DNA of 64,000 bases from Methanocellales archaeon (lineage in GTDB: Archaea > Halobacteriota > JAWCLZ01), in contig JAWCLZ010000002.1 in NCBI GenBank assembly GCA_038850275.1, positions 38,993 through 102,992 on the forward strand. Reading direction: 5' to 3'. A program made the translations under genes and the position numbers. This document shows positions 49,766-58,996 of the stretch, piece after piece (the first letter of the stretch is position 1; each line of letters starts with the position of its first letter). The notes under the pieces were generated by a model. The model saw only the letters and a list, made by a program, of their open reading frames with translations. It did not search any database and had not been told where the DNA came from.

Positions 49766-49952
49766 CTTCTATCTTATCATAATTATGATTGATTTCTATA
49801 TATATTTTTTGAGTTTTCAAACAAAAAATTCATAAAATTTATAATATATATCAAATTTCTAATTTTTTTTGATTTTAGATTTCTCTTTGCATAAACTTTT
49901 TATGCATTGTAGATGAATTCACTTGAACTAAAAGTAAAATAAGGGTGAAAAA

Positions 49953-50210
49953 TTGGGTAGAAAAGAAGTGATTCAAGAAATGCTTAAATTACTAGAGAAA
50001 TATCCAGATAAAGCACCTCATCTACCATGGGGCTTGAAAAACTGCCCAATGTGTAGAAGCGACTGCTGCAAATGGATAAGCAAATGCAGAGCTCGAGATC
50101 GCTATCTAGAGCCTCCTTATTGCAAAGTGGTATTCTATGAAGATGGCGAGTGGAATATTGAAAAATTGAGGCAGTACTTGCGTGGGTTAATCAATGCAGA
50201 ACAAACATAA
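49953..50210 (+). CDS. Small Cys-rich hypothetical protein
   Basis: GGTGA 4 nt before TTG; CPMCRSDCC..C...C (6 Cys). Confidence 0.6.
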   Translation: MGRKEVIQEMLKLLEKYPDKAPHLPWGLKNCPMCRSDCCKWISKCRARDRYLEPPYCKVVFYEDGEWNIEKLRQYLRGLINAEQT

Positions 50211-50244
50211 AGCTTATTGGATAAGAGAGTGCAAATGTTCTTAA

Positions 50245-50319
50245 GGGGCAGTGGGGTAGCCTGGTCTATCCTCGAGCCTTTGGGAGGCTTGGACCGCAGT
50301 TCAAATCTGCGCTGCCCCA
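50245..50319 (+). tRNA. tRNA-Pro (anticodon TGG), intronless, CCA not encoded
   Basis: Acceptor GGGGCAG/CTGCCCC; anticodon arm GAGCC-TTTGGGA-GGCTT; T arm CGCAG-TTCAAAT-CTGCG; followed by a T-run. Confidence 0.96.
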
Positions 50320-50457
50320 TTTTTGATAATTCAATTTTAATTTTAATTTCAAAATTAAATTTTAATTTTTTAAAATGATGATATTATGATGAGTTTATTA
50401 TCAATTTTGATATTGTGATAACAAAATTTATTTTATAAAAATTAGATTTTATTTATA

Positions 50458-51597
50458 ATGATTGCAGATGCAAAAGCTCAGTTGAGCATGGACTTCCTAG
50501 GTGGATTTGTAATACTCTTCTTCAGTTTAGTAACAGTTTTAATATTTCTACCAACTTTATTCAGCACTCTTCAAAACCCAAGCATAGATCTCCACCCAGT
50601 GGCATATAGAACAAGTGTATTACTCGCAGAAGACCCAGGTTGGTGGAGCAATATCACAGTTGGCGAGCAAGGCTACAACTGGGAAGATCACTTGAACTAT
50701 ACTAGTAGAATTGGCCTTGCAAGCGTTAAATATGGAAAGGGAGATGCATGTATATTGGATAGAAATAAAACTCTAGCGCTTCTCACTCTATATAATAAAT
50801 CGGATTCCACAAGCTATGGAAAAATTCAAGATCTCTTGGGCTTGAAAAGCTCAACGCGAAAATACGACTACAATATAACATTCAAAATCCTGCCATCGGG
50901 AGCGATATGGAAAATTAAGCGGAATGAAAGCGGAGTATATAAAGAATATAATATGACATTTGGCAGAGAAATACCAAACTCTGGCAATGTGGAGAAAGTG
51001 GTGCGCATATTAAGAATTTATAAAGGATTTTACCCTGAATACATGCCATACATAGTCCCAGGTATAAACCCAGAGGAGAGGTGGTATCCAAACTGGCCAG
51101 ATGGATATTATCCCTTTGATGATATAAATGACGATGACAAAGGACAGTTTGACCACCCGCTCTTACTGAGCTATCCACTGGGGTATTTCAAGATATATAA
51201 TTTCGGCAGAGAGCCAAGTGCTACAGCTGTAGACGATCTCGACCTATATGTAACAACTGATCTCACTCAAACTGAAAATCGTTTATTGCACGCGAATCCC
51301 AACCTCGTGGTTTCTTGGAACAACAACACCGGCTGGAGCGGGCCATATTGGAATGGCACTGATTGGAGCATAGACCCAGGTACTGGTTTGAAGTCACGCA
51401 ATTTCGAAGAAGAAATCAATAGCAAACTTGAAGACCTAAATGCTAGCGATGGACAGCTATTTTTGCTTTCAATTAAATATCACAATGCACAAGGAGATGT
51501 CTCTGCACCCAATGCAGTGACTTGGCTTGAAGATCCTTGGCTGCCAACGGGAGAAGACATTCGTGGATTATTCAAACTGGAGGTATGCATATGGTAA
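50458..51597 (+). CDS. Pilin-like protein with class III signal peptide
   Basis: KA|QLSMDFL + hydrophobic helix; C-terminal LEVCIW. Confidence 0.8.
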   Translation: MIADAKAQLSMDFLGGFVILFFSLVTVLIFLPTLFSTLQNPSIDLHPVAYRTSVLLAEDPGWWSNITVGEQGYNWEDHLNYTSRIGLASVKYGKGDACILDRNKTLALLTLYNKSDSTSYGKIQDLLGLKSSTRKYDYNITFKILPSGAIWKIKRNESGVYKEYNMTFGREIPNSGNVEKVVRILRIYKGFYPEYMPYIVPGINPEERWYPNWPDGYYPFDDINDDDKGQFDHPLLLSYPLGYFKIYNFGREPSATAVDDLDLYVTTDLTQTENRLLHANPNLVVSWNNNTGWSGPYWNGTDWSIDPGTGLKSRNFEEEINSKLEDLNASDGQLFLLSIKYHNAQGDVSAPNAVTWLEDPWLPTGEDIRGLFKLEVCIW

Positions 51598-52187
51598 AAA
51601 GCGAAGCACAGGTTTTCACCCTCGAGGGCTTGGGCGCGGCTGTGATAATAATGCTTGCATTATACTTCATGCTTCAATCCCCAGTTATCTTCACCCCTCC
51701 AACTGCGCAGCATTTAAATGTTCAACTTTCCCAACTCGGTAGAGATGCACTTCTAGCGCTTGATATAGAAGTGCCTAGCAATAGTACTCTTGCTAATTAT
51801 ACTTTGAAGAGCTATTTAAAAGCAATTAATAAAAGCGACCTTAAGATTCCAACTCAAATGAGAAAAGACCTATGCTCTCTTCTCCCGAGGAATGTGATGT
51901 TTAACGTGGTTTTAAGCTATGTTAATTTAAGCGGGGTAAACATAAGCGAGGGGAATTATACCATGCTAAATATCACCACTCTTATCTTAAATTCTGATAA
52001 TACTACTGAATTCATAACCAATCTCACGCCTCCTCAGGATTCCACAACTGCTAGCCATTTAGTAGTGCTCTACGATAGCGAGCTTAGCGAGGACTCGCCA
52101 TTCAAAGTAAATGCAACTGAAATGGGAACTGAGCCTGAGAGAATACCCCACGTTATAGAGGTGAGACTTGAGCTATGGTATGTTTAA
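51591..52187 (+). CDS. Pilin-like protein with class III signal peptide
   Basis: GGAGGT upstream; EA|QVFTLEG + hydrophobic helix; C-terminal VRLELWYV. Confidence 0.8.
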   Translation: MVKSEAQVFTLEGLGAAVIIMLALYFMLQSPVIFTPPTAQHLNVQLSQLGRDALLALDIEVPSNSTLANYTLKSYLKAINKSDLKIPTQMRKDLCSLLPRNVMFNVVLSYVNLSGVNISEGNYTMLNITTLILNSDNTTEFITNLTPPQDSTTASHLVVLYDSELSEDSPFKVNATEMGTEPERIPHVIEVRLELWYV

Positions 52188-52600
52188 GAAATGAAGAAGG
52201 GCAGATCATAATATTATTTGGATTTTTAATAGCAGCTAGCTTAATCGTATTAGCTGTGCTTTTAAATACTGTGCTATTCTCAGGCCAGCAGGCAGTCGTT
52301 GGGGAGTTTACCTTCCCTAAATATGAGATACAGGATATAAGGCTTCAAACTCTAGAGCAAGCTAAAATTGCGGCAAATCGCTCGGAGTTTAAAAATGAAA
52401 CTATATTTAATGAGATAATTGAGCTATATAGTAAGCAAATCCTAGCATTATATAGCGAGAGGGGTGCTTATGCTTTAGTCACAATTAAGCCTGTGAAGAG
52501 TGGAGAGAATATAACTTGGGCTCAAGTCAAGGTAATCTACAACGATATGTATACTGATTACAAAAGTGTGGATGTGATCTATGATTTAAAGGGGGAATAA
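52175..52600 (+). CDS. Pilin-like protein with class III signal peptide
   Basis: RNEEG|QIIILFGFLIAASLIVLAVLLN. Confidence 0.78.
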   Translation: MVCLRNEEGQIIILFGFLIAASLIVLAVLLNTVLFSGQQAVVGEFTFPKYEIQDIRLQTLEQAKIAANRSEFKNETIFNEIIELYSKQILALYSERGAYALVTIKPVKSGENITWAQVKVIYNDMYTDYKSVDVIYDLKGE

Positions 52601-52607
52601 TTGGAAT

Positions 52608-55600
52608 ATGAATAAAATGAAGAAGAATATGAATAGTAATACTAAGTGGAATAAATTTGTTAATAATACTCAAGCGGTAACTCCAACCTATGAATATATA
52701 ATACTCATTGGAATTTTAATCGTCTATATCACTCTCTTCCTCACTATTTACGCTGATGAATTTGGAATAGCACCTTTGAGAATCGCAATGCAAACGCAGT
52801 TCGAGGATATTGGCAATGATATTAGCTCAAAAGTCGTGGATATGTATATAATTGCACCTGAATCAGGCTATTTAAAAACCAAATTCTACATGCCTCAAGC
52901 AGTTGGTAAATATGAATATAAAGTTGAATTCAAAGAAATAGGACTTGACCAGCAAATTTTGGTTTCAGCGCTGAGGTTTGAGAAAGAAGTAATGATCACT
53001 TTAAATAAAATAGGCTCAAGCTTAGGACTAACTGGCTCTACTTATAGTTCCACTCCTGAGCACTGGCTTATCTATAGCATGAGCTCGCAATATGATCTAA
53101 CTCCAATTGCAGTTGCATATCCAAGGGAAGTCTCTTATAACCTCACTTCTGGGTGGAGTGATATAGTTGTTTTCGATGGAAGTGATTCAAAAGGTATAGG
53201 CGAGCTTCAATATAAATGGGACTTCAATGGCGATGGAATTGTAGACGCGACTAATGCAACTGAATATTATCAATACTCAGCTCCAGGTGTTTACAATGCA
53301 ACTTTAACAATCTATGATCCAATTTTAGATAGAGAAGCTTCAACAACTGTTCAAGTAAATGTTACCACTAGTTATATCGAGCCATCCATAGATGCCTATA
53401 AATATGTATCTCCAAGGAGCTTTGGAGTGGGTAAACCAAGTTATACAACTATAGTGCTCTATGGCAAGGGAATACCTCAAAATGAATCCCATATTGATGT
53501 AATGCAAGTGATAGATGTCTCAGGAAGTATGGATCCAGATTGGCTAAAGATAGCTGGCGGTGATCCAGAAACAGGCTACACTCCATTCTCAAATAAGAGT
53601 ATAAAGGGAACCGCTGGAAGCAAGATCTGGACTGAGAGCTTTAGTTTAACAAGCGCTGCTAATGAAACAATTGAAAAACTTCACGTTGAACTCTGGAATG
53701 TAAGCGGGAGTAATAATGTTGATCTCTACGTCAAGCCCCCAGGTGGAATTGCTGAGAGAGCGCAGACTATAACTCCTTGGTATGAGCGCTATGAAAAAGC
53801 AAATCCACCCTTAGGTAGCTATACCATCTACGTACTTGGAGACTTCCCAGTTGGGAGCCAGTCGTTTAAAGTGAATGTAAACAAGACCTCAAAGATTAGT
53901 ATAAGTGGAGCTGTGGATACCTACACTTGGAGCAATACCACTTATAATTTGAACGTGGCTAAGTGGATGGAGACATATATAACTTGGCCCACTAGCTCAG
54001 TCGATCTAAATCTATATTTAACCGACCCGAGCTCAGCAACTTATGCTCCAACTTCAGCAAATCTCTCTTCGCCCTCTCGCAATTGGGAGCGAATTTATCT
54101 CACTAATATAAAAGCTGGGGACTGGACAGTTGCAGTTTACAACAATGGGTCTTACCCCACTTATAATGTTACAATTCAAGCTTGGTGCATCGAAGAAAAC
54201 AAGGATCCCAAAGTGGATATAACCATGGATGGCTCTTCAACTGGTAAAAAAACCCCACATACCTTCACAGGTTTAACAGGCACTCATACCTTCACTGTGC
54301 CCAGCAGCGATTCAAAAGGACATCAATTTTGGAAGTGGAATGAAACTGGCTCTACAAGTAGAACGATAAGTGTGAGTTCAAGTGGAACTTATACCGCTGT
54401 ATATCGCCAGCCTCCACCTACCCCTACACCAACACCAACTTTCACAATTTCAAATCCAGGAGAGCAGACTGTGTATCGAGGCAGCTCGAAATCAATAAGT
54501 ATAACGGTAACAAGTTATTATGGCTATAACAAAGAGGTTAGTTTAAACGCTAGCGGAATGCCAAGTGGCACTACAATTACCTTCACTCCCGATAAAAAAA
54601 CGCCCACATTTAGCTCTACAATGACTATAAATGTGAGCGCGAGTACGCCAACTGGAAATTATCCAATAACAATCATTGGCACTGGGAGCGATGGATTAGT
54701 TAAAACTCAAACATTCACATTATATATACCTGATTTCTCAATAAGTGCTTCTCCCTCTTCGGGGAGTGTTAAAACCACGGGCGGGAGCACCAATTATACC
54801 ATTACCTTAACCTCGCTATATAAATTCGCAGGCAGCATCTCGCTCTCAATCTCAGGATTGCCAGCAGGTGCTAGTGCCACATTCAGCCCTAATCCAGTTA
54901 GCCTATCAGCTGGGCAAACTAAGACCTCAACCCTCACTGTTTCAGTGCCCCCTGGAACTCCAGTTGGAGATTATACCTTAACCATAACTGGCATAAGTGG
55001 AAGCCTCAGCCATTCAACAAGCGTAACTCTTAAAGTCATAATACCCCCACCTGGCTTGCTCTACTGGCTAGCTAGACTATATGAAATCTCACTCCCAAGT
55101 CCATGGATCAGCGCTAGAGCTGCTCCAGGTGTAGAGAGCTTCACTGGATATATACGCCTTGGCGAAACTCCAGTAACAAACTTTAGCGGCAATATAACTG
55201 CAAGCGAGCCGCCTAGGTGGGATAATACTGAGAGTCCAATCTTGATTAATGAATCCATTGAGAACTTCAAGATAAGTTTGAATTACTACGATGAATATGG
55301 GAATGAAAGTTTGCACTTCTGGGTAAGTAAAAATGGCGCTCCTCCAGTGCTAGTAGCTGGATTAATGGGTGAGTACTATGACAACATGGATTTAACCAAT
55401 TTGAAATTAACTAGACTAGACCCAGTGGTAGACTTCAACTGGGGCTCAGGCTCACCACATTCTTCAATTGAAGCTGATACCTTCTCAGTTAGATGGACTG
55501 GCTATGTTAAAGTGGATAGGTCTGAGACTTATACATTTTATGTAGTTACAGACGATGGAAGTAGGGTATGGGTTGATGATACGCTTATCATCGATTCTTG

Positions 55601-56792
55601 GATTAATCAATCAACGACTGAGCGCAGTGGAAGTATTTATCTCGCTGAGGGCTGGCATAAGATAAAATATGAATATTATGAGAACACTGGAAGTGCAACT
55701 GCTAGATTGCTATATTCCTCTCCAAGCACGCCTAAACAAGTTATACCGCAGGATCACCTGAGCCCAGTTAATATGAAGGGCAATGTATGCATAAATTATA
55801 CTGAGACAAATGTAATTGCACCTGCTACTTACACTATTTATATAACTGGAACTTTCCTCAGCGGTACAAAGGATTTTGAACTGCAAACCTATATGGCTAA
55901 ACTAGATGCAGCTAGGATAAGTGGTAAAACCTTTGAGGATATGTTGAATAGCTCTTCAGATAAATCTGGATTAGTTTCATTTGGTGGCAATGCAACTATT
56001 ATTAACCAATCAGATGTGAGGTTGATTCAAAGTCTAACTTATAGCCATAGCCTTGTTAAAGCTGGCTTCGATTTATTAGAGGCGCATAATGGCACGCCAG
56101 TGGGTGAAGCCATCTATGTTGCAGTTCAAGAGCTAAATAATTCCTCGGAGTTCTTCACTGAGAATGATCGCACTCGAGTGCCTGTGATAATCTTGCTCTC
56201 AGATGGACTGCCAACCCTCCCAGCAACCCTTGAGGAGATCTCTGAAAATAATTATACTCGAGCTATTCAATATGCCCTTGAGCAGGCTAATATTGCGAAG
56301 AGCATGGGTATTTTGATCTATGCAATTGGATTTGGAGTTGATGCTGACATGAATTTCCTCGCTAACATCTCAAGTGGCGAGGGCTTTTACTTCTTCGCTG
56401 CTACTAAAGAAGAGCTTCAAGCGATTTATCTGCAAATAGTTAAGGAACTTAGGGAATATGCTGGTAGAAATGTAGTGATCACTGATGTAGTGCCAGCTGG
56501 TATAAATGTAGTAAGCGCACCAGGAGCGAGTGAGATAATTAATAATGATGATGGAACTACAACTATTATCTGGAGAGTAGGTGGAGTTAAAATTTATAGA
56601 CATGGTCAAACACCACTGGTGAGGAGATTGGTGATATCAACTATGAGCACTGGTTCCACTAATGCCAATGTATATGGTCTCTCCAATGTTACTTATACCA
56701 ATGTTATCACAGGTGATCTAACCACTTTTGTATTTCCTGAGACGAATATCTACGTTAAACCAGTTGGCAGTGGACAGATGAGTATGGAGTGA
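52608..56792 (+). CDS. Giant pilin-fused adhesin: class III signal/pilin-like domain, PKD, split vWA, PPC-like and Ig-like repeats, PA14, DUF11-like C-terminus
   Basis: QA|VTPTYEY + TM; WDFNGDG (PKD); DVSGS...GTP...LSDG (vWA); FSVRWTG, TDDG, EYYEN (PA14); VVITDVVP. Confidence 0.85.
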   Translation: MNKMKKNMNSNTKWNKFVNNTQAVTPTYEYIILIGILIVYITLFLTIYADEFGIAPLRIAMQTQFEDIGNDISSKVVDMYIIAPESGYLKTKFYMPQAVGKYEYKVEFKEIGLDQQILVSALRFEKEVMITLNKIGSSLGLTGSTYSSTPEHWLIYSMSSQYDLTPIAVAYPREVSYNLTSGWSDIVVFDGSDSKGIGELQYKWDFNGDGIVDATNATEYYQYSAPGVYNATLTIYDPILDREASTTVQVNVTTSYIEPSIDAYKYVSPRSFGVGKPSYTTIVLYGKGIPQNESHIDVMQVIDVSGSMDPDWLKIAGGDPETGYTPFSNKSIKGTAGSKIWTESFSLTSAANETIEKLHVELWNVSGSNNVDLYVKPPGGIAERAQTITPWYERYEKANPPLGSYTIYVLGDFPVGSQSFKVNVNKTSKISISGAVDTYTWSNTTYNLNVAKWMETYITWPTSSVDLNLYLTDPSSATYAPTSANLSSPSRNWERIYLTNIKAGDWTVAVYNNGSYPTYNVTIQAWCIEENKDPKVDITMDGSSTGKKTPHTFTGLTGTHTFTVPSSDSKGHQFWKWNETGSTSRTISVSSSGTYTAVYRQPPPTPTPTPTFTISNPGEQTVYRGSSKSISITVTSYYGYNKEVSLNASGMPSGTTITFTPDKKTPTFSSTMTINVSASTPTGNYPITIIGTGSDGLVKTQTFTLYIPDFSISASPSSGSVKTTGGSTNYTITLTSLYKFAGSISLSISGLPAGASATFSPNPVSLSAGQTKTSTLTVSVPPGTPVGDYTLTITGISGSLSHSTSVTLKVIIPPPGLLYWLARLYEISLPSPWISARAAPGVESFTGYIRLGETPVTNFSGNITASEPPRWDNTESPILINESIENFKISLNYYDEYGNESLHFWVSKNGAPPVLVAGLMGEYYDNMDLTNLKLTRLDPVVDFNWGSGSPHSSIEADTFSVRWTGYVKVDRSETYTFYVVTDDGSRVWVDDTLIIDSWINQSTTERSGSIYLAEGWHKIKYEYYENTGSATARLLYSSPSTPKQVIPQDHLSPVNMKGNVCINYTETNVIAPATYTIYITGTFLSGTKDFELQTYMAKLDAARISGKTFEDMLNSSSDKSGLVSFGGNATIINQSDVRLIQSLTYSHSLVKAGFDLLEAHNGTPVGEAIYVAVQELNNSSEFFTENDRTRVPVIILLSDGLPTLPATLEEISENNYTRAIQYALEQANIAKSMGILIYAIGFGVDADMNFLANISSGEGFYFFAATKEELQAIYLQIVKELREYAGRNVVITDVVPAGINVVSAPGASEIINNDDGTTTIIWRVGGVKIYRHGQTPLVRRLVISTMSTGSTNANVYGLSNVTYTNVITGDLTTFVFPETNIYVKPVGSGQMSME

Positions 56793-56796
56793 TGAG

Positions 56797-57588
56797 ATGC
56801 TAAACTCAAGAGAAGCAGTATCAGAAGTAGTTGGATATATGTTGATCTTCACCATAGTGGTGCTCTCCATAGGATTGATGTATGTCTATGGCTATCCCAT
56901 TTTAGAGGACCTTCAAAATAGAATTCGCTTTCAAAACGCTGAGCAGGGATTTGCAACTCTACAGGCTGATTTAGATAGAGTGGTATTTGACCAAGCACCT
57001 ATTAAGACCACGAGGATAAACACAGGTGGGGGATCCATTCAAGCTGCTTCCTCAGGGGATAGAATTAACATAGTGGTTAACATTAGCGGGGAGAAGAAAT
57101 ATGAAGTTACAAGGGAACTTGGAATCGTGGAATATCGCCACTTGGGGAAGAGAATTGCCTATATAGATGGCGGGGTATTCATAAAAGAGGGCGAGCGCTC
57201 TTATCTTCGAATTCCACCTAAGATCTATGTTTACAATGACACTGAGACCTCTAATCTAACAGTTATAATCTCAATTTTCTCGATATACTGCAAATATCCC
57301 ACGATGGGTGGGGGCGAGAGGGTATCAGTGTTGAGTAAATTTAATAGGTCGAGCACGAGTGCTTATATCAATCAAAGCTTTAACTCTAGCTTGAGCAATG
57401 TAACCATAGTTATAAATAGTAGTTTATACGCTGATGCTTGGGAAATGCACTTTAGCAATCTCAAAGAGCGGGCATACGTTGGGATAGAGGTCACGAGGTT
57501 GAATTCCACTCACGTGAGAGCAGTAATTCCATTCAATAGAGTGGTCATCGCTGAGAATAAAGCTGATGTAGAGGTATTCTCTAGTTAA
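56797..57588 (+). CDS. Pilin-like protein with class III signal peptide
   Basis: REA|VSEVVGYMLIFTIVVLSIG, typical archaeal pilin N-terminus. Confidence 0.85.
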   Translation: MLNSREAVSEVVGYMLIFTIVVLSIGLMYVYGYPILEDLQNRIRFQNAEQGFATLQADLDRVVFDQAPIKTTRINTGGGSIQAASSGDRINIVVNISGEKKYEVTRELGIVEYRHLGKRIAYIDGGVFIKEGERSYLRIPPKIYVYNDTETSNLTVIISIFSIYCKYPTMGGGERVSVLSKFNRSSTSAYINQSFNSSLSNVTIVINSSLYADAWEMHFSNLKERAYVGIEVTRLNSTHVRAVIPFNRVVIAENKADVEVFSS

Positions 57589-57627
57589 TTTATTTGATGA
57601 AGCTCTCTAGTTAATGAAGCTCTCTAG
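57578..57627. repeat. Overlapping duplications of a gene end and the next gene start
   Basis: tctctagttaat at 57578 and 57604; atgaagctctctag at 57597 and 57614. Confidence 0.88.
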
Positions 57628-58492
57628 ATTCAAGTCTCCTCAGCAAGCACTTTGCACTTGCTTGCCAAAGTATAACTTGAATCCCTATCTAGGGCGCTGT
57701 GAGCACGCTTGCATATATTGCTATAGCGTGAAATTCCCAAGTTTCAGGGGCAAGACTAGGCCTAGATTGAATCTTATTGATGATATTGAATCAATGGCTA
57801 GGAATACCAAGCCCAAGCTACCTATTATGATCAGCGATGCCACTGATCCCTATCAACCGCTTGAGAAGCAATATGAGATCACGAGATATTGCTTGAAAGT
57901 GTTGATAAAATATGGCTATCCCCTTTTGATTTTAACTAAATCTGATCTTATAACTCGCGATATTGATATTCTCAAGAGCGCTCGATGCATAGTTGGAATC
58001 ACGATTACAACTCTAGATGAAGAGCAAGCTAAGATGATTGAGCCAAATGCTCCATCACCTATCAAGCGCCTTGCAGCACTTGAAAAACTTACCGAGGCTG
58101 GCCTGCGTACCTTTGCAAGGATAGATCCAGTTATTCCTACTTTTAATGATCGCGAGGAAATGCTAGAGAAATTAATCAATGAAATTGCTATTGCTGGGGC
58201 TAAGCAAATAACTGTGAGTACCTTGAAACCAGTTCGAGGTTTTTTCACCTCACTTGCTAGAATTGATTTGGAGCTTTCAAAGCGCTTGCGCTCAATTTAT
58301 GATCAAGGGGAGTGCATTCTTGGGTATAGATATTTACCAATTGAGATTCGCAGGAGTATTATTTTAAGGCTATATAGAATTGCCTCCAAGTTTAACCTAG
58401 CATTTGCATCTTGCAGAGAGGGTTTATCGCATTTGAATACTACTCTCTGCGATGGCTCAAGCGAGCTGCGGTTTATCGAAAAATATATTTAG
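57614..58492 (+). CDS. Spore-photoproduct-lyase-like radical SAM protein
   Basis: LNPY.GRCEHACIYC, SDATDPYQP.E, LTKS, EPNAPSP..RL, ARIDP. Confidence 0.85.
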   Translation: MKLSRFKSPQQALCTCLPKYNLNPYLGRCEHACIYCYSVKFPSFRGKTRPRLNLIDDIESMARNTKPKLPIMISDATDPYQPLEKQYEITRYCLKVLIKYGYPLLILTKSDLITRDIDILKSARCIVGITITTLDEEQAKMIEPNAPSPIKRLAALEKLTEAGLRTFARIDPVIPTFNDREEMLEKLINEIAIAGAKQITVSTLKPVRGFFTSLARIDLELSKRLRSIYDQGECILGYRYLPIEIRRSIILRLYRIASKFNLAFASCREGLSHLNTTLCDGSSELRFIEKYI

Positions 58493-58526
58493 TTTGTTCG
58501 CTTATATTCGAACAAATGTGATTAAT

Positions 58527-58988
58527 ATGGCAAGTCCAATGGAAGTCTTTCAACTCTTACCTAAAACAAACTGCAAGCTATGTGGAGAGCCAAGTTGCAT
58601 GGCCTTTGCATTTAAACTCATCTCTAAAGAACATAAATTAGAGGACTGTCCCCCGCTTTACCAAGAGAAAAAATATGCTTCAAATAGAGAAAAACTTGAG
58701 GCAATCTTCAAAAAAGTGGAGAAAGCAGTTGAAACAGGCTTGATAATTCACTCTGAAAAATGCTTTGGATGTGGAAACTGCGTTGTAGCTTGCCCTGTGA
58801 ATGTAGCTGAGGACCCAACTGGCTCAGCTCTTGGTCTAGGGCCTAAAAACGATAAGGTAATATTGAAGGTAGTGAAAGGAGTTATTACCGCTAACAATGT
58901 TCAAAAATGCCGTAGATTTGGGCCAGATAGAATACTTTGCAATGGCTGCATCGTAACTTGTCCAAGCGAGGCAATTGAATTTGTTTAG
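58527..58988 (+). CDS. fwdG: Fe-S protein, FwdG-like (FeS domain + 4Fe-4S dicluster)
   Basis: LPKTNCKLCGEPSCMAFA..CP; CFGCGNC...CP; CNGC...CP; start set to ATG 58527. Confidence 0.75.
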   Translation: MASPMEVFQLLPKTNCKLCGEPSCMAFAFKLISKEHKLEDCPPLYQEKKYASNREKLEAIFKKVEKAVETGLIIHSEKCFGCGNCVVACPVNVAEDPTGSALGLGPKNDKVILKVVKGVITANNVQKCRRFGPDRILCNGCIVTCPSEAIEFV

Positions 58989-58996
58989 GTGAGAAA

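Noticed and set aside
50245..57588. Pilin operon as an island integrated at tRNA-Pro
   Set aside because: No integrase and no duplicated tRNA 3' end (att site) seen downstream; only an AT-rich intergenic stretch
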